A stretch of 64,000 nt of DNA from Guillardia theta CCMP2712 (GCF_000315625.1 NW_005434616.1:376805-440804), one strand, 5' to 3'. Positions 46,983 through 60,897 are shown, counted from the first letter of the stretch. The notes: generated by a model not told the origin, from the letters alone. A program made the numbers and translations.

Positions 46983-48284
46983 ATGCCGGAACATGTCGAT
47001 GTGGGCCGATCCTTGGTTGGTCCTCAAGGAGTTCAAGGCGGTGAAGGAGCAGAAGAAGACTTGGAAAGCTGGGTCAGAGAGATGCAGGGAGCAGCGCCGA
47101 ATGTCGGAGAGGAGAAGAAAACCATGCCAACGGCGATGGAGCAGGATCAAGGGGAGGGTGCGACAGCGACAGCGACCTCGAGGGCCGAGGCTTCTCCAGA
47201 GGGGACAAGGAACGACCGTGAGGACGAACAGGAGATGTCAGAGGGGTTGGGACACCGAGAAGGAGACGCTGAGTTGCTGGAAGCTGCGCACAGAACGTCC
47301 GATGATGAGGCAGAGGGGGAGGAGGAGGAGGGAGGAGAGGAGGAGAGGGAGATGGAAAGGTTGACGGACAAGGGAGACGAGAAGTTGATCAGCGATGAAT
47401 GTGATGGAAGAGTCGGAAATCTCGAGCATGGAGGTGAGGGCGAGGACGTTGCTGGGGGCTGGAGCAGGAATGAGCAGCATGTGGAGAAGATACGAGGTCA
47501 AGATGCGACCAAAGGTGCTGGGGCAGGAGATGAGCGGCAGAGGGAGGGAGAGGCGGAGGAGGCAGCTGGACGGGATGAAGGAGAGGAGGAAGGAGAGGAA
47601 GGAAGCGGATTGCTGGAGGTTGGCAGGGAACAGGAGAAGCAGGGAGATAACGAAGAGGGTTCATGGGTGGAGGAGGCCAAGGACGGACAGATACTGCTGG
47701 AGCATGAGAGTCAGGGAGCAGAGGAGAGAGCGCTGGAAGAAGATACCAGGGACAGTCAAGTCGACGAACTGAACCAGAATCGGGCTGAGCAGGAGCAGGA
47801 GCTGGAGCTGGAGCTGGAGCTGGAGCTGGAGCTGGAGGGGGAGCAGGAGCAGGAGCAAGAGCAGGATGGGGAGGGTGAGGGGGAACTTGCTGTTGAAGAA
47901 GGGGCGCAAGGTGGAGTGGAGGAGCACGAAATGGAATCTGAGCATGACTGGATTGTAGAGACTGGAGAGCAGCAAGAAGATACTGAGAAGGAAGGGAGAC
48001 AACAGGATCAATCTTTTAGCAGAGATGAAGAGGAAGACAAGAAAGAGGAGGAGAAAGAGGAGGAGAAGGAGAAAGAGGAGGAGGAGGGAGAAGTTGCAGA
48101 GCGAGAGCTGAAGTTGGAAGCGGAGCAGAATCAGGGCAAGGTCAAGGACAAGGAGGAGGCCGGTGATGTCTCGAATGCGGACAACGGAGAGGAGGAAGCA
48201 AAGGCGATAGACGATGGAGACTTGCTCCTTGACGAGCAGGAAGCGGGTGCGAGAGGCGCGGGACAAGCAGACGATGGGAAGGAA

Positions 48285-48337
<53 letters not shown>

Positions 48338-49850
48338 GGATGATGTGCAGAAGCAGGAACACGAGGAGGAGGCGGAAGAGGAGGAGGCGAGTGCAGAAGA
48401 GGAGCCTGCGGTGACATTCAGCGTACAAGTCAATTATCATGACATGGAGGAGGAAGAACCTTGTCAAGGAGTGGAGGAACAGGATGAGGCGGACGATTCT
48501 CTGAATGACGAGAAGGAGGAGGAGGAGGAGGAGGAGGGCGACAAGATGCAGGATGATGATGATGATGAGGAGGAGCGTGCCGATCAGATTGACGGACAAG
48601 ATATCGCTGCAAAGGGCGACCAGGACTTCTTTCAAAGGAGGATAGTCTCACATTCAGTTGCGGCAGCCGGAGCTGGAGCAGGAGCAGGAGCCGGAGCGGT
48701 GGGGTTCAGATATCCAACGCGCCCTCCTCCTCCTCTCGCTGCTGCTGCTGCTGCTGAAGATTTGCCTGCTGCTGCTTCACCAAATCATAGGAGAAAACTC
48801 CGTCAAGCTGACCAGCAGCCGTCAGTAGGCAACGCTCCCTCCTCTCAGCTCTCAGCTCCTCCTCTCCCCTCCCCCTCCCCTCCTGCCCCACCTCTCGCCC
48901 TGGATGTTCGTGGGGACCCTCAGGGCACACGGAGGAGGATGGAGGAGCTGCTGGGCAAGCTGACGGAGAGACTGGGGCAGGTGGAAGAGAAGATAAGGGA
49001 GATCGAGAGGGAGCTGGAGGGCAAGGAGGGGCTTGCCGGGGGAGCCGTTCAGGTCCTTGAGGAGCGAAGGAGGAGACTGCAGGAGATGAAAGTTCACCTG
49101 CTCCGTGCCGTCGATCACCAGCGGCTCCTGCTGAGCCCGAGCGAGGAGGAGAATCATGGCTCAGTAGGGCAGCAGCAGGAGGCGGAGGCGGAGGCGGAGG
49201 CGGAGGCAGAGGAGGGGTCCCCTCGCGCCGCTTCTCCTGGCAGGGGCTACCCTGCTCGATTGCCCTCCGCCTCCCAGTCAGTTCAGGAGAACCTCCCTCC
49301 GCAGATGCCTCCTCCTCTTCCTCCTTCTGCTCCAGACAAGACCTTCCCTGCCCCGAGAAAGAAGCAGACGAAGCTCAAGCCAGTTCAAGGGATCTCAAAA
49401 GTCCCTCCTGTCCTGTGGACAAGCAGGTCGCACATGCAGAGGCAGCAGGCCTTCCCTCCTCCCCCTTCTCCTCCTCCTCCCGATCGCATCCTCCCCGACA
49501 GCCACGTCGAGATTTCGTTCCGTGTCGTCGCTCCTCGCCGGGCTAAGAGCATGGCCTCGTCGGTATGTGCTCTCACTGACCTCTCGTGCTCTGATGCTGG
49601 TGAAGATGAGGCAGCGGGCGGAGGAGATGGAGAAGGAGGAGAAGGAGGAAGAGCAACGGAAGGAGAAGGCAGGTAGAGCGTTCACTAGCACAAGTCTGAC
49701 TATCCTTCATGCAGGACATCCTTAGGAGGCTGGTGGGCAATCAGATTGCCATGGAAGCACGATTCAGGCAAGCCGAGCAGCCGCTTGCTGTACGCCCCGC
49801 CGTTCCCCGCAGCATGCATCACCTACGTCTCTTCTCCTAGACCTCCCCCG
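46983..49850 (+). CDS. Very acidic low-complexity protein with a C-terminal coiled coil and Pro-rich region (ends uncertain)
   Basis: 897-aa open frame 46983-49676 followed by short spliced exons; no family recognised. Confidence 0.6.
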
Positions 49851-50062
49851 GGTTCATGTACAGTAGCATAAAGCCTTCCCTTCCGTCCTCCTGCCCCAGC
49901 CTTCATGAACCTTCTCCCTCATCCTGTTGTTGTCTTCTTGTCATGTTCTTTTCATGTTCCCTCCCCTCCCTTGCTCTCCCCTTCTCTCTCCTCCCCCTTT
50001 GTCTGCCTTGTATTTTCCCTTCTCGTCTCTCCTCTTTCTCCCTCCGAGCATACTGCTCCTTT

Positions 50063-50126
50063 ACTGGAATTATTATATCCTCTTACATAATTGCACTGGA
50101 ATTATTATATCCTCTTACATAATTGC
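50063..50126 (+). repeat. Perfect 32-bp tandem duplication
   Basis: ACTGGAATTATTATATCCTCTTACATAATTGC x2. Confidence 0.95.
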
Positions 50127-50178
50127 ACATGTATCAACAAACCAGACCTCAACACCTTGTCCTCCTGCTCCCTTGCGA

Positions 50179-50439
50179 TCACCTCGAATTGTTCTGTATC
50201 GGAGCGATCCTCACCAGCCGACCGGGCATCAGATGCTGACAACTCTCTCTCCACTGATCCAGCGAAGTCGTGTCCTGCGGGGTAGTGATCCCGATGGGGA
50301 CGATGGGAGGAGAGCTGGAGGCGGCAAGGAGGTCTGCTCCTGCGAGATTGAAGGGAACCTGATCCTGTGAGGTGTTGGACATGTCGAACGTCATTTCATA
50401 CACAGTAGCCGTCGCTCCAATGCTCTGCCCGCAGCCCAT
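50179..50439 (-). CDS. Small hypothetical protein with an MGCGQS acylation-type N-terminus (probably spliced further)
   Basis: ORF starts MGCGQSIG. Confidence 0.45.
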   Translation of the reverse strand: MGCGQSIGATATVYEMTFDMSNTSQDQVPFNLAGADLLAASSSPPIVPIGITTPQDTTSLDQWRESCQHLMPGRLVRIAPIQNNSR

Positions 50440-52129
50440 TGCTCGCTATTCCAACCTGGGACCAACCAGATCGCTTCCTGGATGTTCTTGCTCGTTTGAT
50501 TGCTCACAAACAAACCCCTTCAGGGTTTCCATGCTCAAGTGCATGTCTGCCTGAGAGTCGTTTCCGTCCTGCCATCTCTTACGCTCTGAAATCAATCCTT
50601 TCTCCAACGATCATTCCGCGGTTGACACCGCAAACCTGAAAGTGCATGACCTAGTTGCAGGGTCAGTCCGACATCGAGTATCCTCCAAGAAATGTTTGTT
50701 GGTTTTGTGTTATTCGTGCAGATTTATGACACGTGTGCTCCACTGATCTCCTGATCTTTATTCTTCCATCTTTAAAACATGTTCTCATTTCAATAGAACA
50801 TACATTCCCCGTATGCTCCCTTCGAACATCATCTCTGCTCTGCACTCGCTTTCTCACTGTCCCACCTTCTACAATCATTCGTTTCAATCAAATTTCATCC
50901 GGTGAACTCGAACCAAATATATTTGACCAACTCTTGACTGCTACAGGCATTTCCTGGACCGCTGGCCTTTCCTCCTTCCCGTTACTGGCGCTCGTTTCCT
51001 TTGCGCCTTCCACATCTATACCTCCTGCTCCTGATCATCAACAAATCTTCTTCACTGCAGGCTCTTTCTGCATCCCTTCTGCATCCCTCCCGCTCCCCGC
51101 CACCCCCCTGCTACCTCCAGCCTCTCTCGTCATTTTGGTCGCTTTTTCATCTTCTACCACCCCTACCCCCCAACAACACCCTCTAAAATCGACTTGGCAC
51201 AGCAAATACCACCCACCCTCCATCGCCTACAAGTATTTTAACCCCTTCTTCCGTGGACTACCCCTATTCACTACAATGTTGTAGTCACTCCTGGTACCTA
51301 AGATGTCACCTCTACCACCCACCCATTCTGATTCCATTGAAACAGTACCGGTGCTGGATATCATTGGACCCTACCCCTTGGTATGATTTTGAATGGACCA
51401 CCCCACTTTTCACCGTATCCCAATAAATCCGCCCCTTTATCAATTATAATTATATTTAAAATCTGTACCGGCAAAAACTAAAAAACTGCTTTAAAAGTCT
51501 TACGGCCGATATCCTTTTAAAAACATATTGCTACTTTGCTGGTTTAAAAGTACTTGTAAAGGTTACTTGCAAGACTCAGTGACTGACGCCGGGCCCGGGG
51601 CTTGAAGGCACCACCCGGCCGAAATCACATAAATTTTAAACATAATTAATTATAATTATATATATTTATTTCTTTTTCAAGTATTTATATATAACATTTC
51701 ATAATACGTGAAGAAGACTCCGTGCTTGCTGGGGATCGAGGGAGGATGGCGAGAGCGCGAGAGGGGAAGGGTAAGATAAAAGTTCGCCCTGCAGGGGGTC
51801 AGTGAGAGACGATGAGACTCAGTCGGATGGTGCGGAGGAGACGATGGTGGCGGGGTGATAGAAGCAGGGGATTGATCCATGGTGCCGAGGCCACAACTGG
51901 AGGGAGGAACTGAGGAGATAGGAAAGAGGGAGAGGAAAACAGCGAGAGTCTTGTTGAGTAGAAGAGGTGATTGAGAAACATTAGAGGGTATTGTTGCAGC
52001 TAGCAATCGAAGACAGCAGCTGGCGCGACCTGTTCGAAGTTGATTCCTGAAAACAAGACAAAGTTTTAAAAGCATCCCAGTGGATGTTTCTTGAGTATCG
52101 CAAAACAGTGTCTAATGCGATCTCGCAAT

Positions 52130-53393
52130 ATGTCTGCCCCTACTCTTACCTCCTCCGTGGGCTTGCATGATTTACCTCCTGCAAACTGCAGGAATGTCCT
52201 CGGAGCTCGACCTCTCTGATCTCAAGCTCAAAGACGATCTCAAACTGAAAGAGTGAGAATGAAGTCGCTGCTTACAAGCTGTTCAACTCATCATGTCTGT
52301 ATGCGAAGGGTGGAGCTGTTCGGAGGAGCCATGACCATGTTGATGCCTGCTGTGTTTGTTGACATCAGCAACTTCCGACAAATCCCTGACACGCAGGTCG
52401 TAGTAGATGCCCCTGCCCGATCCTGGTCTGATGCCTGGCCAGGAATGCTGGGCTGATACCGAGGACACTGACCAGAGCGTCATCGTTGAGATCCTTGCGC
52501 ACGAAGATCAGGTGAACCCTTCGTGCGCTCCTACGGGGCTGCTGACCTCCTGGTTCCTGAGCAGGTTCAGGGAGCAGCCATAGCTGAGTACTACTGGGAC
52601 GACATCGCACAATGCAACGAAGCATCAGGAGAGGTACTGCCATGAGGATCTTGAGCTACAGGAGGTGGTTGAAGGTTTGGTCTTGCAGTCGGAAAACGTC
52701 ATCACAGTCGCCCCGAAGGAGCTCACTCACTCTGTAGAAGTCATCCGCAAGCAGTGTGTTTGTTGACCCCTGACCTTCTTGTCAGTTGATCAAGACGATC
52801 CCAACATCAGATTCGAAGGTCCACACGCTTGTCTTGTTGTGGGGTTGAGGACTGACGCCTCTCCGATCCCTCAGGTGGCAGAGCCATCCTGCTGGGTGGC
52901 TCACGGGCATCAGAGAGTGTCCAAGTTCAAAGAGCATGTGAGTCGCGAGGGGAGGAGGAGGAGGAGGAGGAGGAGGGGGGGGGGCGGAGGAGGAGGAGGA
53001 GGAGGAGGAGGGGGGGGGGCGGAGGAGGAGGAATCAGTGAGTGAGTGTTGTCGAACAGGAACGAAACTTGGTTGCCGTCCACCTTGCTGTCATACAGGAA
53101 AGAATCATTGAACGGAGAGCACACTAGAGTCTGAAAAGTGCTTTCTGGATCCGCAGATCCCTTCCCTCGACTCTGACGTCGTGCTGCATCTGAATCGGCC
53201 GATAGAAATCATGCCTAATAGCAGGAAAGTGCAACGGTGTGTTGTGCTTGTTGCTGACAGCTAGTGTTCCAGTTCTGCTGAGTTTGTATCCCTTGAGCAA
53301 TCTGGCGATTCGACCAAGGATGGAATCGATCTGTTCTTGGCGATGTTGCACTCCCTGCGAGTGAAAGACTGGGGGCTGTTCGCTTCTCCTTGA
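52130..53393 (+). CDS. MOG1: Mog1 / Ran guanine nucleotide release factor, multi-exon
   Basis: VELFGGAMTMLMP / FRQIPDTQ / ECWADTEDTDQSVIVEIL / AEYYWDDIAQCNEA / GHQRVSKFKE / LRVKDWGLF*. Confidence 0.88.
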
Positions 53394-54426
53394 TGATAGG
53401 AGAGGATGAACTTTTGTTGACTACCAGGAATCTTGTACACCATTAAAGCTTGTTGCATACACATTTCTTTACGAACATCGTTAGATGGACACTTGTTTCT
53501 CAAGAGAGTAGTCAAAACAAAACAGTAAACATTCAAGGACGAGCCTTCATGGGAACGACAGGAATTTGCTTTGCATGGGCGAGAAAAAGTTAGAATTAGA
53601 GTGGGTGACAAAGATTCAAGTCGGATCCTGCATGGTGAAACTGTATTTTACTTTTCTGCTTCCACTGAGAATCTGTTCCCGACACTTTCTCATGCTCAGC
53701 TCTGCTCAGTTACCTCCCTCCCCTCCCCTCCTCCCCCCTCCCCTCCCCTCCCGTCCTTCTCCCTCCCCCCTTCCCTGCCCTCCTGTCCCTTTCTTTCCCT
53801 TCCTCCCGATTCTGCCCGGGTCTGAATCTCTGCCATAAAGTGGGGGTAGGGTATTATGATGACGGGTAGTCATGACGAAATTGACAGTGGAGGGGGTACT
53901 TTAATCACATTTAGTACCAACTTTTCAAGAGATATAAGGGGTCATATTCCCAGAGTCGTATCTGAATCTCTTGTGGGTAGGGTACAGATTTCTTTCAAAC
54001 GAAAGATTCGGGGTGGGGTAGCATCAACCGACCGTAGGGGTAAACAACACATGGCAGGAGCAAGGAGGAAGAGGAGGAGAGAAACGAAGGAGAGAAAGAA
54101 GGGAGAAGCAAGGAAAGAAGAATTCTTTTGCTGAGATTTCATATCATCCGTCCTTGAACGTTTCCCCATGTTACACAACGAGTTAGACAACTCTCAAACA
54201 TGGTTTCCACTTTTTCACATTGCGGAGGTTGTGAAATTTCGGTCGGATTTGCGGGGAAGCGAATTAGATCGCGGTATAAGGCGGATGGTGTGAGGGCGAT
54301 TAACAAAGAATTCTTATGCTCGTGTTGTCCTCAAACTGATCCCTTTTCTCAGTTGTTGTTGGAGACTTGAAACGCTCTTCAGACGTCAAACGTGTTCATT
54401 CGACGTCAGCCGATTCGCATACAGTC

Positions 54427-55221
54427 ATGGGCTGTGGTGCTTCCCGCAAGCAAGTCCAAGAGCCGGAACCTCCTGTCGTTCAGGAGAGAATCCCAGCGCT
54501 GCCCGAGGATGGCAATGCAGGGCCAGGGATCAAGCGCACACGATCGAGGGCGAGAAGGGGCAGCGACGCGGCGACGTCCTTCTTTGATATCCCTCCATCC
54601 TCTGCGACAGAGCAAATCAACGGAACAGAGACAGCAGACAAGCCTGTCGACCAGCGAGCCTACCTGATGGAGGGGCTGGGCGAGGGAGGAGGAGGCGAGA
54701 GCCGAGCTCTTATGGAGGATCTTGCGCTGAACGGAGCACTAGCCTCGCCAAGGCCGCAGAAGGCGGAGCAGGAGGAGGCGGTAGAGGCGAAGCCGCAGAG
54801 CCAGTCGTACCTGATGGAGGGGCTGGGCGAGGGAGGAGGAGGCGAGAGCCGAGCTCTTATGGAGGATCTTGCGCTGAACGGAGCACTAGCCTCGCCAAGG
54901 CCGCAGAAGGCGGAGCAGGAGGAGGCGGTAGAGGCGAAGCCGCAGAGCCAGTCGTACCTGATGGAGGGGCTGGGCGAGGGAGGAGGAGGCGAGAGCCGAG
55001 CTCTGATGGATGATCTTGCGCTGAACGGAGCACTAGCCTCGCCAAGGCCGCAGAAGGCGGAGCAGGAGGAGGCGGTAGAGGCGAAGCCGCAGAGCCAGTC
55101 GTACCTGATGGAGGGGCTGGGCGAGGGAGGAGGAGGCGAGAGCCGAGCTCTTATGGAGGATCTTGCGCTGAACGGAGCACTAGCCTCGCCAAGGCCGCAG
55201 AAGGCGGAGCAGGAGGGGTAG
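54427..55221 (+). CDS. MGCGAS dual-acylation-type protein with 49-aa tandem repeats
   Basis: ATG at 54427; open frame; N-myristoyl/palmitoyl-type N-terminus. Confidence 0.65.
   Translation: MGCGASRKQVQEPEPPVVQERIPALPEDGNAGPGIKRTRSRARRGSDAATSFFDIPPSSATEQINGTETADKPVDQRAYLMEGLGEGGGGESRALMEDLALNGALASPRPQKAEQEEAVEAKPQSQSYLMEGLGEGGGGESRALMEDLALNGALASPRPQKAEQEEAVEAKPQSQSYLMEGLGEGGGGESRALMDDLALNGALASPRPQKAEQEEAVEAKPQSQSYLMEGLGEGGGGESRALMEDLALNGALASPRPQKAEQEG
54661..55216 (+). repeat. 147-bp in-frame tandem repeat, about 3.8 copies
   Basis: Units start at 54661, 54808, 54955 and 55102; near identical. Confidence 0.97.
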
Positions 55222-55599
55222 GAACTTCGTTGGCTGTGAAAGGTCAGAGACAACCGCTCGCTTAAACCGCTCGCTTGCTCGTGCTGGCGATGTGGAAAGG
55301 AACAGCAGGGAAGAGAAGGCACGATGCGATACATTGAAGGTGTTTTCGTGTCATCGACTGTGGGAAGGACGTGCACAACAGTCCTGTTCTCGGGATGTAG
55401 ATAGATAGGGTTTGCTCCCTCTAGCTCTTAATCTTCATATACACAAATTTAACAGCTCCTCCTAGTCTCTACCGCAGCGATTACTTTGCTAGAGAGAAGT
55501 GAATTCTACAACACAGGAAGTTGCTTTTCTGCATCGCACTAGTTATCCTCTGCAAGCTCCCCGCTCCTGCTGCGCTCCTCGACCCACCAGCTTCTGTCT

Positions 55600-57437
55600 C
55601 ACCCCCCTGAGGCAGAGCACCAGTCAGTCCTCCTCCTCCCTCCCTTCTTGCCTCCCCTACCTCTTCCACACAGACCCCCAGCAAGAATCCTTCGCTTTCT
55701 TGCGCTGCTTCTTCTTCTGCACAGACACTGAGGAGGCGTCGGGAGAGGAAGGAACAGGTACCTCCGCAGCTGCTCCATCCCCACACCTCTCCCTCCTTCA
55801 CCCAGAACCGTGCAGCGAGCTCAGGACGGAGAAGCCGCATCCTCCCGTGAGCCTCTTGCATGCCGGCAGCAACGGGTGCCAGGATGATCCAAACGTCTGG
55901 GAAGAGGTTGAGTGGGAAGAGCCGCAAGATAGCAGGAGGAAACGAAGAGCCGGAGAAGGAGGAGGAGGAGGAGGCGGAGGGGAAGGGGGGGGGGGGGGGG
56001 GGAGAGAGAGAGAGAGAGATTTAAGCAAGGGAGCAAGTGTTAGAAGAAAGTATGAGCCAACACGAGAGATAGGAAGAGGCTATCAATTTCGATGAGAGCA
56101 AGGAAGGTAGAGGTAGGAGGAGGAGAGGGAGAAGGGGAGGGAGGAGGGGAAGAAACTTTTGAGAGAGAAGGGGAGGGAGGAGGGGAAGAAACCTTTGAGA
56201 GCGACGAAGGAGATCAGCTGGGAGCTTGAGGGTTGAATGAGATGCATAAGGTGGATGCCATCGACAGTTGAATGGTAGGAAGAGATATCGAAGTGGTCGA
56301 CCTGAGAAGCTGAGAAACTGTCTGAGAGATCGCACAAGGAGGAGGGAAAGAGGTAGATAGCATTGGTAGGAGGAAGGAGAGGAGGGAGAAGCAGGAAGAA
56401 GGAGCAAGGAAGGGAGGAGAGGAAGGGAGGTAGGGACGGGCAGGGTTCTTCACTTTCGCTAATGAACTTCTTGGCTCTCGCCACCGCATCCACCATGCGC
56501 TTGACGGTCTGCCATGGAGGGTCAGCGCACTTGGAGGAAGGCGGCAGTCGCTGACCCGGAGGACAGGAAAGCAGCAAGAGCCTTGTGCTGGACTACCGTC
56601 TGCGCTGTCAAGCAGGCTGGGGATAGAGATACTCCAGGTGGAGGCGTCAAAGAAACGAGGCTGATCTGAAGGAGAAGTCAGTGATAAGGTGGAGATGGGC
56701 GGCTGGAACAGAATGTTGGTGGGACATGATGAAGCGAGGATGGAGGGAAAGCTCGGGATGGGGAGGGAAGGAGAGGAGAAGAGAGGAGAGGAGAGGAGAG
56801 GAGAGGAGAGGAGAGGAGAGGAGAGTAGGAACAAGCCGAGGGTCTAAGGTGGGAGAGGACCACCAGCTACAGAGGCTTCAGGCGGCAGCATCAACTTCCT
56901 CGCTTCCTCTAGCACGAGATCCACAACAACTTTGCCCAGCAGCCCCCCCAGGAAGACAAGCCTCCTGCCTCAAGGTCAGCAAACCCCCTCCTCCCTTTGG
57001 GATTCCACTCTAGCTGAACCTCAGCAAGGGGGAGTCTGCGGTCTTGCTAGAGTTATTCTCCTGCTGGATCTTGACGATGCTGCTGAACCAGACGGGCATC
57101 GGCCTTGCCTGCAGCCTTGTGAGCTCGAGTAGAGCGACGAGAAGCTCTCACCGTCTCCTCCTCCTCCTCCTCCTCTTTCACTTTCGCTCCTCCTTGATCC
57201 GCTGACTTCCAGCTCATCTGCAGCAGGAGCTGAGAAGGTGCGACAAACTGCCCGCAAACTGCCCGACCTTGGCGTCGGCGATCCACGCAACGATGGCTTT
57301 CTTGCCCACTACCTCTCCGCTGTCCTTCTTTCGCCGCAGGAACATCGCCAGAGACTGTCGATGCTCCATGGGGACGAACTTGTCGCTGTCCTTGTCTGGA
57401 ACCTCCTCTATTATCTTCCTCCTCCTCCTCCTCCTCC

Positions 57438-57473
<36 letters not shown>

Positions 57474-60085
57474 CCTGAGAAGATGCAGTTGGTTCCGCAT
57501 CTCCAGCACAGCACCTTGCAAGGAGGGCATACAAGGCTTGGAGGCAGCCGCGAGCAGGAACCTGGAGGAGAGTGAGATGATCTCGAGAGAAGGACAGCAT
57601 GGGGAGCGTCAGGGGGTGACTAGGGCGAGGGGGGCAGGAGGGGCAGGATGCGGAAGGAGTGGAGGAGAGGCTGACCTGGGAGTTTGTTCTGAGACGCAAG
57701 GGAGGGTCTCCCTCGCTTGCGCTTTGGGACGATGGGGGAGCTGGAGCTGTCGCCGTCCCTCGCGTCGGTTGAAGGGGTCAGACGCCTGTAGAGCATGCAG
57801 ATGCTGTCGGAGAAGTCTGTGGGCTTTCCTTCGTCCTTGTCATGCACGAGGCTCAGGACGAGCTTGAGGGACTGACAGCCAGCAGTCACTTGACTTGACT
57901 TGACCCAACGGCTGCTGTACCTGAAGCATCACGCTTCCTCGCACTCGCTTCCCGTAGTGCCTAAGGTAAACCTCCCGGTTGAGTCTCGTCCAGAACAATC
58001 TCTCCTCCTGCTCTCCTGCTCCTTCTCGTCACGTCAACCACCACAAGTCTGCAAACACCTTTCTCCAGCAACTCGAACGTCTCTTCGGCCCCCTGTCTCA
58101 CCCTCCCGGCCTCAACTTCCTCGTTCCAGAATCGTTGAACAGCCTGCCCGTCCTCGTCACATCCCTTACCGCCCCCGCCCCTCCTCCATCTCCTCCTCAC
58201 CTTTCCTAACCCGGAGCAGTTCATCTGAGCATCCAACTGGCTCGCCCTCCACACCGGGTCATCCTCGGAGAGCCACTCGAGGGGCACGCGCTGGGTAGAC
58301 GCTGAGGACAACAGACACAAAAGGAACTTTGGCAACCTTGACCCCCAAGGGAGGCATGGAGGCCGATCGAGAGCTGCCATGTCCCGTCTTGTCCCCCTGC
58401 TGCAGCCTCACCCCTGCATCCACCTCAAGCTCACCTGCGGGGGGTCAGCGGCACAAGGACTGGCTCCTACTCCCCATACCCATCGGCAGGTGGGGGAACG
58501 ACAGGCTGGCGGGCAGCTGCTGGGGGTGGTAGGGAGGATTCATAGCTTGAGACTGATGCTGCATATAAAGTGAAATCAGGAGGAGAGAGGAAAGAAAGTC
58601 AGCGATAGGCCGCGAGAAGGGGAAGGGATGTTGTATCCAGAAACAGATCAGGGCACAATATAGGCAGTGGGAAGGGGGAGAGGGCAGGAGAGGGCGGGAG
58701 AGGGCAGTACCTGCAGGACAGCTCCTAGCGATGAACTGAAGGCTCCTGGCAGTCATTGTCATGGCTCGGGTGCAATCTAGAGCAAGGACCTGAGAAGACG
58801 TGAGAAAGCCGTCCCTGCTCCTGTAGCCGGAGCTGGTCATCATTCCGTCCCATGGGTGGTGGAGTAGGATGGAAGGTTTGAACAGGAGGATGGGCACCTG
58901 TAGGAGGTATCAGGAAGTTTCTCTGCTGCACTGAAGGTCAGACCGGTACGGAACATATCCTGCGACAGCCACGTGGGCGAGGAGAAGCCGGTCATGGAGT
59001 TGAGGAGCCCCGACGACGACACGGTCTGCTGCTGCTGCTCGTAGAGGATATTGATGACGTTGTTGGGGTTGGCAGGCCGAGGCTCATTCCTGTTGCGATC
59101 TTGTTCGCCCTTGTCATCATTGGGGTATGGAAACATGTCCAAAAGGTCGAGTCGAGTCAAGCTCTCGAGTCTAGCCGTGGCTTCCTTTCAGCCCATGGGA
59201 ACCTGAGCACTACCCCCACAGAATCATCAAGATCAGCGCCATGCACATGCCATGCTCCCTTGGTCATCTCCTTGCGATCGACACAGACACATGTATGTGT
59301 ACGGTCGTCGTTGCTCAAACCAGTATCGCAACCCTTGCGGTCCAATCGCCTGACAGAGACTATCAGAAGGGTCATGAGGAACAACAAGCTGTGAATATGA
59401 AATTGCGCAAGCTTGGAGCTCGCGCAATCTAGAAGAGTTCAAACAACAAATGTAGATGATCACTCCTGATACGAGACAAGACGCCACGTGTGGCTGAGCG
59501 GCACGAGGCCGAAGAAGCTCTATGACAGCATGGCAAGAAGAATGTGGTGACAGCGGAGTGGTTACGGCATGCTGGAAAGAAATGGACAAGAAGGTTGTCG
59601 ACAGGAGTATGAGACTGTCTTTCATCGGACATAACGAGAAAACGAACAAACGAGGTGAGGACTCTTTGAGGACGCGTCGAGAGAAGCCAAACAGCCAGCA
59701 CAAGGCCATGATTCCAGACTCGTACACAAGGCAGCAGAATGACAGGTTGAGGAGCAGCCAAAAAATGAGAGCGTTGAGGCGTAAGTGTTCAACAGTTTGC
59801 AAATGGGCTAGAGCGACAAGGAGGCAAAAGTAGGAGCCATAAAAAAGTAAGAGGCGGGGGCAGGCGGCACGAGGAATGGAGTAGATCGACCGGGAAAAAG
59901 CTGACGAGGCAGGTAACGAGACAGATAGAGATGACGGAGGCGGAGGCGGAGGCGGAGGCGGAGGCGGAGGCGGATGATGATGATGATGAGGAGGAGGAGG
60001 AGGAGAATGGCGCGGCGAGAGAGCACAAGCGAAGGGAGCAGACGGCAGGGAGGCAAGCAAGAATCCAGACTCCCCGGATGCCATG
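55600..60085 (-). CDS. Hypothetical multi-exon protein or proteins: N-terminal multi-TM region, then a soluble region with an AT-hook-like KRKRGRP
   Basis: Hydrophobic ORF 59233-60102 and a chain of coding-like minus-strand exons with GT-AG introns; the number of genes is unresolved. Confidence 0.45.
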
Positions 60086-60119
60086 GGACGAACCGAGGAC
60101 AAGGTCCAAAAGGCTTGAA

Positions 60120-60790
60120 AAAAGGGGGTACATAAGGGGGAATGAGGGGGGTGGGGTGTATAGAATTTATGACTTAAGTTCGAAGAGTTCTAATTTTGCA
60201 ACGAATCGCTGAGATTTTTTTTTCATAATCCGATCACGGGAGTGAGTCCTTCCACGGAGGGTCGGAAGACCGGGGGGGTGGGGGTACTGATAGTCAAATC
60301 TGGGGGTAGAGCTGTAGATATAACGTGACGAAGGTGGAGAGCATGAACGTGGGCAGTGATACCACCCCTTTCAACGAGAACATATGAAAGGAAGGGGTAG
60401 TCAGATTTTCTGTTACACCCAAAAACAAACCTCATCGCAGCGAAGATTCGAGAAGTGCTGGAACAGAACAAAAAACAAATCTTTTAAATGTAAAATATTA
60501 TAAAGGGCCATCTCAAGATGCCATGTGACTTGATCACGTTACTATCCTGCGTCCCTGACCCTTTCAGGTGGTAAAGCTGAGGCGGGTCGAGTAAAGAAGT
60601 CCTTTCTGCTGCCCTGACATGTCGACATGCTAGCGAGCCAAGAGCTTATGGCCGATTTACTGCCCTCCGAGCTTCTTTTTCACGAGTCTGCCTCGGCGGC
60701 CGGGCCGGGGGCCGGCAAGGTCCACTGGAAGCGGCGGCGGCTGCCGGCCCGCCCGCCCGACGTCGCTCAGTTTCAGTGAACAAGCTTGAT
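60120..60790. promoter_or_regulatory. GGGGTA cluster plus CCGG island, oriented for the minus-strand gene
   Basis: ggggta motifs at 60120-60420 lie nearest the gene start at about 60085; GC island at 60690-60790 is distal. Confidence 0.4.
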
Positions 60791-60897
60791 CAAGCCTGCT
60801 GAGTAACTTTCAGAGACACCGGTCACGGATGACTTTGACACAGTGCCGCATTCGAGTCATAAACATTCCTCCAAACAGATTTTGAACTAAAAGGATT

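Noticed and set aside
57230-58300. Faint resemblance of minus-strand exons to the DNA primase large subunit
   Set aside because: Motif order and Fe-S cysteines could not be confirmed by eye; needs HHpred
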